A stretch of DNA of 64,000 nucleotides from Hormiphora californensis. Its lineage: Eukaryota > Animalia > Ctenophora. Location: assembly GCA_020137815.1 (NCBI GenBank), contig CM035353.1, positions 6,882,001 to 6,946,000 on the forward strand. The letters are read 5' to 3'. Of this stretch, positions 48,840 through 61,837 are shown piece after piece. Both the position numbers and the translations under genes were made by a program. Position 1 is the stretch's first letter. Every line of letters starts with the position of its first letter. A model generated the notes under the pieces. The model was not told where the DNA came from, did not search any database, and saw only the letters and a program-made list of their open reading frames with translations.

Positions 48840-50700
48840 TACAGTAGGACCCCCCGATTTAACCGGGATGCTACGGGGAAAAGGGGTTGAAGGTACAGGG
48901 GGGGGTTTAGGGGAAAAAAGGGGGGTTTGAGGGGGGGGGGGGGGGGAACCAAAGAATTTTAAAAAAAAAAAAAACGGGGGTTAAATGGACAGTAGAGGGG
49001 TTTAATTTTTTTAAAAAAAGGTTTAAGGGGGAAAGAAAGAAGGGGGGGGGTTTGGGGGGGGGAAAAGGGGGGGAAAAAAGGAGAAAACCCACAAAGGGGC
49101 TTTTTGGGCCCCGGGGGGGGGTGTGAAATTTGGGGGCTGGTAGAAGCTTTTTCTAGGGTGGGGAAGGGGAGGGGGGATCCTTTGGTTCCGACCACTTCCA
49201 ATCCCCCGGTTGCCCCGAGGATTTTGGGGAAGGAAAAAGAAAAAAAAAAAATTTTTGACGGGTTTTGGACTGGAGGGGGGGCCCGGGGGGGTTGGTTTTA
49301 GGGGGGGGAAGGGGGCCCCCTATTTTTTGATCGGCTGAAACCTTTTCCCAAAAAAAGTTAAAAGTTTTTCTGGTTTGAACCCCAAAATTTTGGGGGGTTT
49401 TTTGAAAAGGAAAAATTAATAATATTCCAATTTTTTTTTGGTTTAACATTGTGTAAGGGATAAAAAGCCCCCCGGAAAATATGTTTAAATGAATGGATTA
49501 AAAATAAAAAAAATTTTTAACCAGGAAAAAAACCCTATTTTTTGGTTATTGGGGCCCCCCCAAAAAAAAAATTTTTTTTTTTTCTTTTTGTCCCCTTTGA
49601 AAAAAAAGGATATGACAAATTGGGGGGGTTTTTTAAATTAAAAATTTTTAATAAAAATTTTTAAAAAAAAAACCCCCCCCCCCCGGGGGGGGAAAAAAAA
49701 AGGTTTTTAAAGGGAAAGGGGGGGCCCCCCCCCGGGGCGAAACAAAACCCGGGAAAAGAGGAAAAGAAAAAGGGGGGAGAGGAGAAAAAGTGGGGAGGGG
49801 GGCCCCAAAAAAGGGGGGGGGGAAAGAAGGGAAAAAGGGGGGGGGAAAAAAAGGGGGGGGGAGGAAAAGGGGGGAAGGAAAATTTTTTCCCCCCCCCCAA
49901 ACCCACAGAAAAAAGGGGGGGGAACCCTTTGACCCCTTTTTCCCCTCCTTTTTTGGGGGGTTTTTTTTTTTTTTAAAATTAACCAAGGGGGGTTTTCCGG
50001 GAAAAAAAAAAAAAATTTCCATTTAAAAATTTTTTTCGGAGGGGTTTTTTTCTCCCCAATTTAAACCCCCTTTTTTGAGGGAATTTTGACCTTAAAATTT
50101 AATCAAAAAACTTTTTTTTCCCTTTTCCCAAGTTCCTCCTTTTCCCAAAACCTTTTTTAAGCATTGGATTGCTGAAACTAAAAAACTTGAATAAGACAGG
50201 ATTAACATGTTCCCACGTGGAGCTTAGCTTTGTTTGGAAACCCAAAACTTGTTTTTAGCATTTGTTGACCCCTGCGTTTGAACACGGGTATCCAATGTCA
50301 TTGGGTGTTTGTTAAATTTGATATTTTTAAACTATAGCAAAAATCTCCGCTACTAGGATGAAAACGAAGAGTAGAGGGGAAAGAAGAAGAGAATTTTAAA
50401 AGGCCAGACTACCACAGGAGAGAGAGAGAGAGAGAGAAGCGGGGCAGAGAGAGAGAGGAGAGAGAGAGTGACGATAGCGAGAGAGAAGAGAGAGAGGAGA
50501 GAGGAGAGAGAGAGGAAGAGGAGAGAGAGAAAGAGAGAGAGCAGGAGAAAGAGATAGAGAGCGAGAGAGAGAGAGAGGAGAGAGAGAGGAGAGAGAGAGC
50601 TTTTTCTCCTCTCTTTTCTCGGGCCCCCCGAGGGCCCAAGTCCCCCCCCCCCCCCCCACTTACCCATCTCTCCTCTCTTCCCCTCTCTCTTATTTCTCTT
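48840..50700. other. Low-quality, homopolymer-inflated sequence
   Basis: Dense runs of all four bases and scrambled GA repeats; begins as a garbled copy of the CAGT.GGACCCC MITE. Confidence 0.85.
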
Positions 50701-50739
50701 CTCTTAGATAAGAGATGATGTTGAGATAGAAAAGGTTAA

Positions 50740-51722
50740 GGCCAGAGGGGGGGTCCGAGGGTCAAAAAGTATACTTTTCTGAGGTTTACACATGTGATGT
50801 AACTCGGAGAAAGGAAAGTTTTTGGTGGGATAACTGCGCACCAAGTGTATCAGAACCCCCTGTTTTTTGAGGTTAACTTTTGACCGAAAATGTAAGTTAA
50901 CCTCAAAAATCTTGTATTTATGTCGCCTTCACAGATGAAAATGGTACCAATCGATAGATCTGATCAAGGAGACCAAATGTTTAAAGTTTCAGAGGTCTAA
51001 GCCATATAGTTGTTCGGATATTTGAGGTTAACTTATCACCCAAAAAACAACCTTTTTGGTCTTTTTTCACACCTTACTTTTTAAATCGCCACTACATTCA
51101 GCTCATAAACGGCTAAGAGTTGGGCCTTGAAATTTGGCAGGCATGATCCTTAGATAATAAACTGTGCTTTGAGTGTAACGATTTTTGATTGAGGCTTCCG
51201 TTCCCAAGATATTGAGGTTAACATATTTCCCATCTGATATTTTTTAGACGTTAACCTCAATATCTTGGGAACGGAGGCTCCAATAAAAAATCGTTACACT
51301 CAAAGCACAGTTTATTATCTAAGGATCATGCCTGCCAAATTTCAAGGCCCAACTCTTAGCCGTTTATGAGCTGAATGTAGTGGCGATTCGTAAAAATGTT
51401 CCAAGTTATTCACCATAAGGCTACTTTTTGGTGAAATATGTTAACCTCAAAATTTAAAGAACTACCAGGAATATCGCCATAAAATTGCTCACAAATGCTC
51501 TACTTAGTGATACCTTACTTTTAGAACAGTTTTTATTGTTTCAATACCTGATCTCTAAGAATTAGAGAGGTTAACATTGATTTTGGACCAAAAGTTAACC
51601 TCAATTTTCTCCCTAATAGCGCACGCAAAATCGATTCCGAGTATGTCATCTGGTCCGGCTCTTCAGAGCCGGACCAGATACCGAAAGTGACTTTTTATAC
51701 CCCCGGACCCCCCCCTCTGGCC
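50740..51722. mobile_element. Non-autonomous TTAA-specific DNA transposon (Kolobok-like)
   Basis: TTAA|GGCCAGAGGGGGGGTCCG...CGGACCCCCCCTCTGGCC|TTAA; central ~130-bp inverted repeat; GAGGTTAAC motifs. GG...CC termini fit Kolobok better than piggyBac. Confidence 0.8.
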
Positions 51723-51791
51723 TTAAGAAGAACTAAACATGATCATATATGATCATGTTATAAAAGGTAAAGAAAAACTATAATATATATA

Positions 51792-52036
51792 TACCTTACT
51801 CTCGTTAATTAAGCTCGCATATTTCAAGAAACTTTTAAATAAGAAACTTTTTTTCTAGGAAACTACAGGTGTAACCAATCCAAAAACAAAAAGAATTTCT
51901 CCTTTATCAAGAAACTAAACAAGTTAGGGGTATTCTATTTTGTTGTGGTGTCTCTGAATTGTGTGATTTACATTTGAAAAGTTTCTTATAAAAAAGTTTC
52001 TTACTAAAGCGTTTCTTAAAAAACGAGAGTAAGGTA
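51792..52036. mobile_element. ~245-bp MITE (TACCTTACTCTCGTT...AACGAGAGTAAGGTA), copy 1
   Basis: TIRs; near-identical to 63183-63427. Confidence 0.85.
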
Positions 52037-52417
52037 GTTTTTCTTTACCTTTTATATCATGACGTATGATCTTCCTAACCTACAAATGGGAAGTGTTTAT
52101 CAGGGGTGGAGCTATGAACTGGCATGCAGAATTCTACTCGGGCAATTCAGTTTGTTAAGTGACTTCCAATTCCCTTATTAGTTTTTAGTTCACAAAAAAG
52201 AAACATCTAATGTACCTAAATGGATTCCCAATTTCTCTCCCATTTCTGCTTGACACTTTTAATTTTACACTCTGAAATTTGCAATACCTTGCTTGCTTCT
52301 GAGAGGGCCAGCAATGCCTTGTCCCATTTATAACACTAGCCTGTACCTATTACGGCTTAAATTTCTTTTTAAGGTTGAAAGAAACTCTGATTAGCTAACT
52401 CGTTTTCACAAGATTAG

Positions 52418-53398
52418 ATGACAAGAAACGGGAGTTTTGTTATTGAATTCACAACTAGTGGAGGGATAGTTGAGTCCATTTTCTACGCCATATGGATATT
52501 AATTGTCTTTATCTTAAACGTTTCTACGAATATAGTGGTGATCGGGGCGACCCGCCGCAAAGCTATTTATTGTAGCCACGTATCGCTGTTTGTTATAAAA
52601 AACCTAGCAATCAGCAATCTTCTAATCGGATTTTTCGCCATCGGCCCCAACTTTGCTGTAATCTGCAGAAACAAGGTGGACTTGTTAAGTTGTCAAATTC
52701 TGGATTCTGCAAAACCGCCCCTCGTCATACCATCTTTCCTGTTTTCTATGTCGGTGAACTTAGAAAAGCTTCTGTCAATGAACAAACCTATAATGGCCCG
52801 AAAACTCAGTCTGTGGCCTCGAGGGTATCTCTATGTTATCGGCTCATGGACTTTGGCGATTTTAGTTCTGATTTTTTTCCAAATGAAACCTACTTCCTCA
52901 TTGTCGTACGACTCGGCCGCAGACACATGTAGGATTGAGTTAACCCCTCTGAAAACCACTAGTATAGCAGTCAGAATAGTATACGTATTCCTTTTCCACG
53001 CCTGTCCGCCTATTGCCAACGCAATTATATGTTTCGTAATGGCGAGGAGGGTGTCAATCCTGACCACTACAAAATCGCAACAACGTGGTGCCGTGAAAGC
53101 ACTCCTGTGGATCGCTATCATTGATATTGTAATATCCCTGCCTCTCTTCGTCTTGGCATCCTTCCTCAGCAGTCCTCTACGGAGCCTTCCAGAACTATCT
53201 TTCTTGGCACACTACCGGTTTCGGAGGTTTGTCATCTTCATCCTTTACACCAAAAGCTGTACTACAGGGATAATATTCTACGCTACACTCAAGAGTTTCC
53301 GACTATACGTGCACAGGATTCTGTGGAAGAAACTATGTGATTCCATTCGGTGGAGGTTGATATGCATTAGAGTGAAGCTGAATCGCTTGACACGCTGA
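52418..53398 (+). CDS. Intronless divergent rhodopsin-class GPCR
   Basis: 326 aa, seven hydrophobic segments, NLAISN in TM2, Cys at TM3 start and in ECL2; EKL replaces DRY; NPxxY absent. Confidence 0.75.
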   Translation: MTRNGSFVIEFTTSGGIVESIFYAIWILIVFILNVSTNIVVIGATRRKAIYCSHVSLFVIKNLAISNLLIGFFAIGPNFAVICRNKVDLLSCQILDSAKPPLVIPSFLFSMSVNLEKLLSMNKPIMARKLSLWPRGYLYVIGSWTLAILVLIFFQMKPTSSLSYDSAADTCRIELTPLKTTSIAVRIVYVFLFHACPPIANAIICFVMARRVSILTTTKSQQRGAVKALLWIAIIDIVISLPLFVLASFLSSPLRSLPELSFLAHYRFRRFVIFILYTKSCTTGIIFYATLKSFRLYVHRILWKKLCDSIRWRLICIRVKLNRLTR

Positions 53399-54039
53399 AC
53401 TGTGTAAGGATCATCAGATAACATATCACCTGGAAATCACATATCGTTATTTTGACAAAAAGGTGTTGTTACTGATGTTGCTAACCGGGGGGATGGGGGG
53501 GATTAAGACTCAACTGACCGAAAGACAACGATTTCTTTAGATCTAGCTTGAAAAAGCATCGGTTAGTGACCCCTTATTTCTCCACTCCCCAATAGCGTGT
53601 TGTGTAAAACAAACTAAAATCAACTTCCATCAACAGATTCGAATTCAAAATTGGTTAGCATGTATGAGACACTAGCGTTAAATGCTCAAAAAATTCGTGC
53701 CACACTCATATCTTAGTACATGAGTGTGGTGCACATTCTTCCCCGCCCACCTCGCCAGTGTCTCCCACTAGGAGCAAAATCTTACACCCACCACCCTAAC
53801 AGTTTGGGTGGGTGGGTGTATGATTTTGCTCCTAGCTAGGGTCCCTAACTGGCATGAGTGCCACATGAAATCTTGATCCCCCTCCCTTTTGTGACTGTAA
53901 ATGTTTGCTGGAGCCATTCTACCACTGACAAAAACTGTTTATTAAACATTTAAAACATCGTGTCTTTGAGTATAGTTTAGTTTAGTAAAACAAATTTTCT
54001 TTCGGGAACGACTAGTTTTTAAACTAAATTTATTTTCAG

Positions 54040-57000
54040 GTTCAATGACGCAAAATACAGCATTTTGTACTTTTTTCTGGAGATTTCTGAATACGAGGGA
54101 TATGAGAAATCAATAGACTTTTCATACCTCAATAGGTCAGTTCTCTAGATCCGTGCATAATTCAATTTCGGAGAATTAAGTGCCGCTAATATTAATAATA
54201 ATTTAGCGTATATCATAGTCACTTGATCAATGAGCCTATAATACTCAGCAGTAGCCACTGAGGGCTCAGTGCTTAATACAAATTCATATAACGTAAAGGT
54301 GTTTCTGTATTCTAAGAAAATGTATATATTATATTATATTATCAATATATTCTGTATTCTAAGCCTGTTTGAGAGGGGAGCGAACGTCAATGCGACCGAT
54401 AAACTGGGTCAGACTATCCTACACGACTGTGCACGGATTCATCGGATCACAACAGCCCTTTACTTTATTAGGTATTTGGTAAAAGAAAATTATTATATAA
54501 TTACTAGTAGGCCCGTTCGCCCTACGGGCGAATTTCGGGGAAATGATAGCTGGATTAGGGAACGCTGACATCACCTGCACCATCCGCTCCTAGCCTATCT
54601 CTCACTTTCTCCCTACTCATGTTGGTGTACGCTCTGGGCTTCCTGACAATGTCGAGGTGCGAATTTAAGAGATCAATGTCATGGAGGTGCAGTGCTGTTC
54701 CAGAAACTCATCACGTGAAAACTTGGCCGCTATGTAGCCGATTTGGAGATTTCTATATTCGACTGGAGTAATCACCCTTGGGCGACTTTGGGTAAAGCTT
54801 TCCGTAGTCGTTGATTGGCTCGCTTGAACACGTTGGCGTAATCTGTCATATTCTCTAGCCTGCTCCCTGACAGCAGCAGTTCTCCTGGACCTAGATAAAC
54901 GTTGCCGATTGCCGAATAGCACTTTGGGTGGAAGAGCTAGACATCAGGACAGAAGTAAAAGAATGCACGTGCAGAATTGAATTTCCCCTTGGTACCCAAC
55001 TGCAACTGGGAGAGAGGTCTCCACTCTCCAGGTCCCTCTAATAATTGCACGTGCAAGTGTAGTTGCTAGGTGACCTCCGTTACACAATTTGCTTAGTAAG
55101 TAGTATGATGTATACCGAAACTATATCTGATTTATAAGCCGTCACAATTGGAAGTATGACACTGATTTCATGTTTTCAGATCTGGAGTGGATGTGAATGC
55201 ACAGGATGTCTTCGGGAGAACAGCTCTTCACGTAGCAGCCAAGAGGGATTATCGTGACATGGTTAGTTTCTGTTTTTCATTGCTCCTATTTAAACTCCGT
55301 GATAATTTTCGATGAGTTCTCGAGTTTCTGCTAAGTTTCTGCTAAATCATGTCCTGATATATGTGTGTGTAGGTGAAGGTATTGCTAGAGCATGGTGCTG
55401 ACACGGAGATAGTTACAAGCGGTGCCTGCCTGACACCCCTTCACTGTGCTGCAATGGGCGATGCCCCAGCCGCAATCCAGACGCTTATAGAGGCGGGAGG
55501 GTACCGGGAGAAGATGGATTATCGAGGACGGACACCTCTTCTTATTGCGGTTGAATTTAACAGGTGATTGTTCGTTTTTTCTAAACAGATGAGTTTAGAG
55601 TTATGAGTTTAGTGGTTACTATATCAATACAAAATTTGAACTAACTCATTGTCTCGGATCGTGTTGAGAAGAAGTTCGTCTTAAAAAGTTCTAAAACCCA
55701 TTATAGGCACGCCGCCGCCCAACGATTAATTGAGTTGGGGGTATCTACTAAAGTTGTCGACTTTACTGGTCTTCATGCCTTATCTCTTCTAATCTCTAAA
55801 ATGCCTAGCTTGGCATCTCAGGTATGTAATTGTGACTGTGTCTTACATTGCTAGACCTCTAGCTGTGAAGTGATAGTTTTTCAAACAATATAGACGCGTT
55901 TTTCTGTTTATTATGTACCTATTATTTAGTGTGGTCACTTGTACAATTGCACGTGTCTTTCAGGCGTTAGACCAGTGCTATACACTCGATACAAAGTTGC
56001 ACGTGTCTTTCAGGCGTTAGACCAGTGCTATACACTCGATACAAAGTTGCACGTGTCTTTCAGGCGTTAGACCAGTGCTATACACTCGATACAAAGTCAA
56101 GGGAGATGAAGGTGTGGCTGAATCTAATGGAACCTGATTTATTGGTACCCGAAGATGCCAGATCTGGGTTATCCGTTCTTGATGGTATATGAAACACCTT
56201 TTGTGATTCATTTTATGAAGGAGCAAACGTGTCTATAACATGTTGCCCCTGACAACACAAATTCAGGTATTGCAAGCAGCGAGGACACCGAACTGGTACA
56301 ACATGTGGCCATTAAAGCTCTCATTGCCACAAAGTGGAAACAATTCGGACAGCGGGCGGTCAACAAGGACATTGGCCTGTATATGATATATTTGTTTGCT
56401 TGGAGTTTCCTGATGATCCTCACTCCCCTTTCTCCGCCCAGCGTGGAGTACAGTTATGAGAAGAGCAGAGGTAAGACGCGTGGAGTACAGTTATGAGAAG
56501 AGCGGAGGTAAGACGCGTGGAGTACAGTTATGAGAAGAGCAGAGGTAAGACGCGTGGAGTACAGTTATGAGAAGAGCAGAGGTAAGACGCGTGGAGTACA
56601 GTTATGAGAAGAGCAGAGGTAAGACGCTGCTTTTTAGAGTACTCTGAGCTGTTGATGATTATAGATCCCAACAGCGCGAGCCCAGTGTCGTGTCCCTTGC
56701 CCAATCTCTGCATAATACCATACATAAACCACTATGTACACTATGTCAGGTACTAGAAGATTGATCACAGAGACGGTGGCCTACATATTCTACATAGGGT
56801 TTGTCCTGGAGGAAATCAGCGAAGTAAGACAGGGCAAGATCCACCAGAAAAAGTACAAGGACATGCGACAAGGCCAGGTATTGAATGCTAGTTGACACAC
56901 TTATTTCTTTATTTAGTTTTACTAGTATCGCCCCCATCACGGTATGGAATTATCACGTCAGAGTTAAAGGTTAAGTTATCATGCATTTAGATCGCCCCAG

Positions 57001-59227
57001 TTTCTACTTCTATCGCTACCATCTTAGAAATGACATCATTTTGTTAAATGATGATAATGTAATCTACACAGGTCCACTAAATGATGGGCAAATATAATAT
57101 AATTTATACCGCCAAAATACCTTCAGCTGATCAAAGATATAGGAGCTGATATAATATATCGTTCATCAGATGTTGTCATTTTCAACATACTTCAGAACCT
57201 GTCAAGTACTCCTATCTAAAGCAAAGTTGCAATTTTTGGCTCAGGCTGAAAATACAGACAAAAGGGCGTGGTCATTTCGGGCACTTTATTCAACTCGATT
57301 CGAGTGAAAATTTTTTTTGATGTTTCTGGGACCTCATTGGACTTTGGAGTGGAAAACCTTTGTTATGTATCCCTAAATGGCCCCAAAATGACAAAAAGTG
57401 ACTGGCCTAAAGGGTACTTATATGATTTACTTGTCTTTTTCAGAACTGAGTGCAATGCACTTAGAGCAGCTTGTCTTTCAGAAGAATATTACAAACACGT
57501 CACGCAAACACACCCCTATTTCATTTACTAGTCGATGCACTCATTAAAAATACTACAACCCCTTCTATGCACTAATCATTATGATGGTTGGAAATTTTAT
57601 TTCGCTATACTTGCTTTACTTGTTAAAAAATTTGATCAGACTTCTTAAGACTATTCAGTATTCCGTAAATGAATTGCTTAAAACTGTGTTTTTTTATTAT
57701 CACGTTTATGAGATCTGATCAGGATTCAACTGTCCTCTCAGGTGGAAGCAGACCTGAAAGTGATCAGACCTCTCTCTGACATGGACAAGCAGTACCTTCG
57801 CTCTGAGTTAGAGAAAGCTATGAATACCAAGGCCCACTACTTTAACGATGCGTGGAACGTCTTTGATTGGGTAATAATCATCTCTCATTTCTAGACAATA
57901 TTTCCGTTGTAAAACTATACAGAGCTGATGACGCCTGTTTTGATTTATAGTGCACTTCAAAACCATTATTTTATTGATAAACAGCAGTGTCTATCATAAT
58001 AGTGATAATATATTGTATCTACCAGGTGGTTTATGTGCTGCAGCTGATAGGGATAGTCGTGTACATCTATTGTGAGGCTATAGCTGCCTCGATAGACGTC
58101 AAAGATGAGAAAAAAAGATCGGAGGTTGCACAGATTTTCAGGTAACTATGATAAAATGAGGCCAACTCCATGAATCAGTTCTATTGATTATCCAGTAGCT
58201 AGTAAACACACACACATACATTGCACAAGCTGGGTATAGGGCTGAGGTAATGGCAAGATACAGTAGGTGCTCCGACCCTCTCTACTAATCCAGTAGCTGC
58301 AGTATTCTTCACTTGCAGTATCCAATGCAGTTACCAATAAAGTCTATCAATTTATTATCATTAACAACTATTTCTTTCAGGATCCGCTCCCAAGTGATGG
58401 CTTGTACCATCTTGCTGTCATGGTTCAAGGTATTCAAATACCTCCGAGTGTTCAAATCCATGGGCCCCTTTGTCGTCATTATTACCCACTCAATCGGGGA
58501 CATTGCTAAGATTGCCATCGTGTATACCCTCCTTTATATCCCCATGGTGTGCATCTTCTACCAGTTCTACGGGGATAGAGGACTCAGCGGATACGAAACA
58601 GTGAGCGATACAATGTTCACTGTCTTCCGAATGATCGTAGTGGATGATTACAGTTACTCGTCGCTAATTTCCACCAGCGGCAGAGCGGAGGACGAGGAAC
58701 AGGATGATGGTGGGGGTGGGAGGAAGAAACGAAAAGGGAACTACCAGCATGATGATAACGCAGGTTTTAACACGGGCGATCACTCTGGTATAGTTGTTGA
58801 TCTGTGGTGGACAAGGTTCCTAGTGGCATACTGGATAATTGTGTCCAGTGTCATCCTACTAAACCTCTTTATTGCCCTCATGAGTGATACATTCCAGAGG
58901 GTATACGACAACGCGGTGGGTGTTGCCGCTCTGGAGAAGGCTGAGATGATCTCCGAACTGGAAACAAAGTTGAGCAAGAAATCCCGAGATCGCTTCCTCG
59001 CGGATCTGGTAGAGAACTACTCTCCCATGATCGAGTTCAAGGAGCGTTACGGTGCCATGGGAGCAGAGGGGAGGAGTGCGGAGGAGGAGAAGTTGGAAAG
59101 TGTGCTGGAGGAGTTGACCAGGATGGATCGGGTTATGAGGGGTCTACTGGGCGAGGTTCGAGATGAGGTCAGGGAAAATAAAGAGGAACTGTTAGAGAGA
59201 CTTTTTAGGATGGAGAATAGGAGATAA
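54040..59227 (+). CDS. Ankyrin-repeat TRP cation channel (TRPA/TRPV-like), multi-exon, 5' end uncertain
   Basis: ANK exons (GANVNATDKLGQTILH ~54363, GVDVNAQDVFGRTALHVAA ~55180, LTPLHCAA ~55373); KALIATKWKQFG pre-S1; DAWNVFDW; S4-S5 WFKVFKYLRVFKSMGPFV; S6 LLNLFIALMSDTFQRV; C-terminal coiled coil; stop at 59227. Confidence 0.88.
54504..55130 (-). mobile_element. Non-autonomous Helitron-like element in a TRP intron
   Basis: On minus: A|TC 5' end at 55130; 3' hairpin GCCCG...CGGGC then CTAG|T at 54504; no TSD; short Arg-rich ORF remnant. Confidence 0.5.
55947..56096 (+). repeat. 50-bp x3 repeat of acceptor plus exon start
   Basis: TTGCACGTGTCTTTCAG|GCGTTAGACCAGTGCTATACACTCGATACAAAG; the third copy continues as TRP coding sequence. 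Confidence 0.95.
56442..56627 (+). repeat. 37-bp x5 repeat of exon end plus donor
   Basis: CGTGGAGTACAGTTATGAGAAGAGCAGAG|GTAAGACG; the first copy is coding (VEYSYEKSR). Confidence 0.95.
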
Positions 59228-59959
59228 TTATAGAGTGTCCCTTTTAAAACAATGTTCCATTAAGACAATGTTCCATTAAATAAGTATATCCAATCAAGTC
59301 TGTCCGTTTCTGCTAGTACAATTTGTGTAAGACTTAATTATAATTTTTGCTGTTATGTATGATCTTCAATTTTTTGTTTAGATTTCTATTGAGGCGAATA
59401 CTGGAAGGAATCAAGTGGGAAAAATGGTGTGGTGGGGGCCGTGGGGGTGCAAACGGGGATATAAAAAGTAAAACTCAGATAACTTTTAATGTTTTTGGGT
59501 CGGTAAATAAACTCTCATTCACCGCCAGGGCAGGAAGACGAGACAATACGCTGAACAAGATATACATCGCACATTCCATAAGCAACACAAATATTCTGAA
59601 ACATCAAAAAATCTTATTTTATTTTTTCAGTAGCTGTGATCATGTATGATGTACGTAAAAAAAGCAAAAAACAAAACAAAAAACTGATAAAACTAAAACT
59701 ACAACCCGAAAGAACTTAAAACTACACTTACACTATCATGCTCTAGTATACTGACATCACACATTATGCACCTTCGAAAGTTGCCTAAAATAAGGAATGT
59801 CCGTAAAAGATACACAGTCGGACCCAGATTTCCCGGGGAAATGGGTTTACCAGGTACAAGTCGGGGTGCCCGGTATATCGGGGTCAAACACTGTTAATTT
59901 CCTACATCAGGGGAGTTTAAATCCTCCTGTTAAATCACCACTTTATCATGATACCAACT

Positions 59960-61504
59960 TTACTCCACTCGTTCCTCCTCAGTCGCTTCATCCAGATCAG
60001 ACAATAGCCTCACCCTATCCATCTCCAATCCATTCACTTCCCCCATAATATCCCCTCCAGCGATCAACCTGGCGACATCAGGCACGTCCTCAGGTAACAA
60101 CCTACCGTGTGTCTCTGGCATGGCCCGGAAGGTCATCCAACAGAAACAGGACAGGAACATGATGGCCGAGAAGGTGATGTTAGGACTGATTTTGTTTACC
60201 AGCACTATGAACGGTCCCAGGATGCTTCCTATCCTGGCCGTACTGGAGCAGAGAGCGAGCCCCGAGGCTCGGACAACCGTGGGAAGGAACTCGGAGGTGT
60301 AAAGGTAGACCGTACTGAAGTAGAGGTCAGCTATCATCCGACATGCCAGGGCTGATATTTTCATGATATTGAATCCTGGGAATATTTCCTTTTCATATGG
60401 GATCATGCAGATGAGAGAGAAGATTACGAGACCCACATTACAAGCCCGGAGGAAGGTGACCCGCTTCATGTACTTCACTCCGTAGTAATTAATCAGTCTG
60501 TTCAGGAGATCTAGAACACAGATTAGAAGCTGGTTTATGTAAAGGTTACCAATTAGGTCTCCCACATTAAAACTCAGGCCCCAGAACGTAAATGAAGCGA
60601 ACAGCCACGACACCAGTAAAATGTACATTGCGTTACGGGTGTCCTTGTTGTACTGGAATATCTGCATGACTGAAACTGATTCCGTCGACACGGGAGGAGC
60701 TATCTTCTCGTCTGTCGTGTACTTGACTCCGTTGAATCGGGCTATTTGTTGCAGAGTCTCCTGCAGTTCCTCTCTTCTTCCTTGTTGGTGCAACCAAAAG
60801 GGACTCTCAGTCAACCAGACTAATGTACACACGGTGAACACGATACACGGGACAATGAGACACAGGCATATAGTGAAAAAGTCCTCGATCAGATAGGTCA
60901 ATAGAGCACCGTAGAGTATGCCAACGGAAAACATCTCGTTGTGGAATTGGCTCCCGAAATTCCGGAATCGTGTCACTGTAAGCTCAGATTGGTAAACAAA
61001 TATCGCAGCGACAAAACCGGAGGTCATGCCAACGAAAGTATGAGCAATCCCAAAAACCATAAAGTCTCCCCCTGCGTGGAGAAGGACGCTAAAGGAGTAA
61101 GCAAAAAGTCCCCCAACCAGAAATTTCTTTCGTCCAATTTTATCCATTGCTTTTCCTCCGAAAAGTATTCCAATCATAAATCCAAAAAAGTAACTGCTAT
61201 TGATGATTGTTATAAAACTATCGTACCCACATGCCACACCATACTTCTTGAGAAATGTATCTGTAGCTTGGGAAAGGGGAACATACCAATCGTTTGGACC
61301 GAGATTCTGATCACACAATGGCAAACTGATATTACATCGATCGGTTAGACACTGCCAACCTTTCGTAGAAGTAAGGAAAGTCAGGAAGAGTGGTACCCCT
61401 CCGTTTGTAAGCAGTGTAAAGGAAGGAAATAGTATAGCAGCAACTTGATAGGGCGGCAGCCAGCCAGCGTTGATCCGTTCATAGATCTCACCGAGCTTTA
61501 CCAT
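59960..61504 (-). CDS. SLC22-like organic cation/anion MFS transporter, intronless
   Basis: 514 aa, ~12 TM; DKIGRK, ESPFWL, YLYTSEFLPTVVRASG, ARIGSILGP, PETHG motifs. Confidence 0.9.
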   Translation of the reverse strand: MVKLGEIYERINAGWLPPYQVAAILFPSFTLLTNGGVPLFLTFLTSTKGWQCLTDRCNISLPLCDQNLGPNDWYVPLSQATDTFLKKYGVACGYDSFITIINSSYFFGFMIGILFGGKAMDKIGRKKFLVGGLFAYSFSVLLHAGGDFMVFGIAHTFVGMTSGFVAAIFVYQSELTVTRFRNFGSQFHNEMFSVGILYGALLTYLIEDFFTICLCLIVPCIVFTVCTLVWLTESPFWLHQQGRREELQETLQQIARFNGVKYTTDEKIAPPVSTESVSVMQIFQYNKDTRNAMYILLVSWLFASFTFWGLSFNVGDLIGNLYINQLLICVLDLLNRLINYYGVKYMKRVTFLRACNVGLVIFSLICMIPYEKEIFPGFNIMKISALACRMIADLYFSTVYLYTSEFLPTVVRASGLALCSSTARIGSILGPFIVLVNKISPNITFSAIMFLSCFCWMTFRAMPETHGRLLPEDVPDVARLIAGGDIMGEVNGLEMDRVRLLSDLDEATEEERVE

Positions 61505-61837
61505 GACTCACCGTAACTCCTATTAAAAGTTTCAGTTATCAAAAAGAATGCACATCGTTGCAGGTCAGATATTGCCGTTTAAAATTTACATAAAGCTAAT
61601 CGCTGGCCTTTTTAGTTTTACACTAAAGCGAAATGTGCTGGGACGCCGTTACAATCTTGATTGTATGCGACCGGATGCCTGACGCCTGCGCCCTGCTTTA
61701 AGATTTAATCATTTTCCACGTGCTTGTATGAAGTTTGTCGTACGCACTACGCTGCATCCCCTATCTAGTGTCAATTGCAGAACGAAATAATGTACTGCTC
61801 TTGTAAATGATGCACTCTTAAGCTTTGTCAAACGCTA

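Noticed and set aside
48840-50700. G/K/F/P-rich ORFs and extreme homopolymer patterning
   Set aside because: Typical of degraded read or gap-fill sequence; not interpretable.
52418-53398. GPCR as a gene nested in the TRP gene
   Set aside because: No TRP exon was identified upstream of 52418, so nesting cannot be supported.
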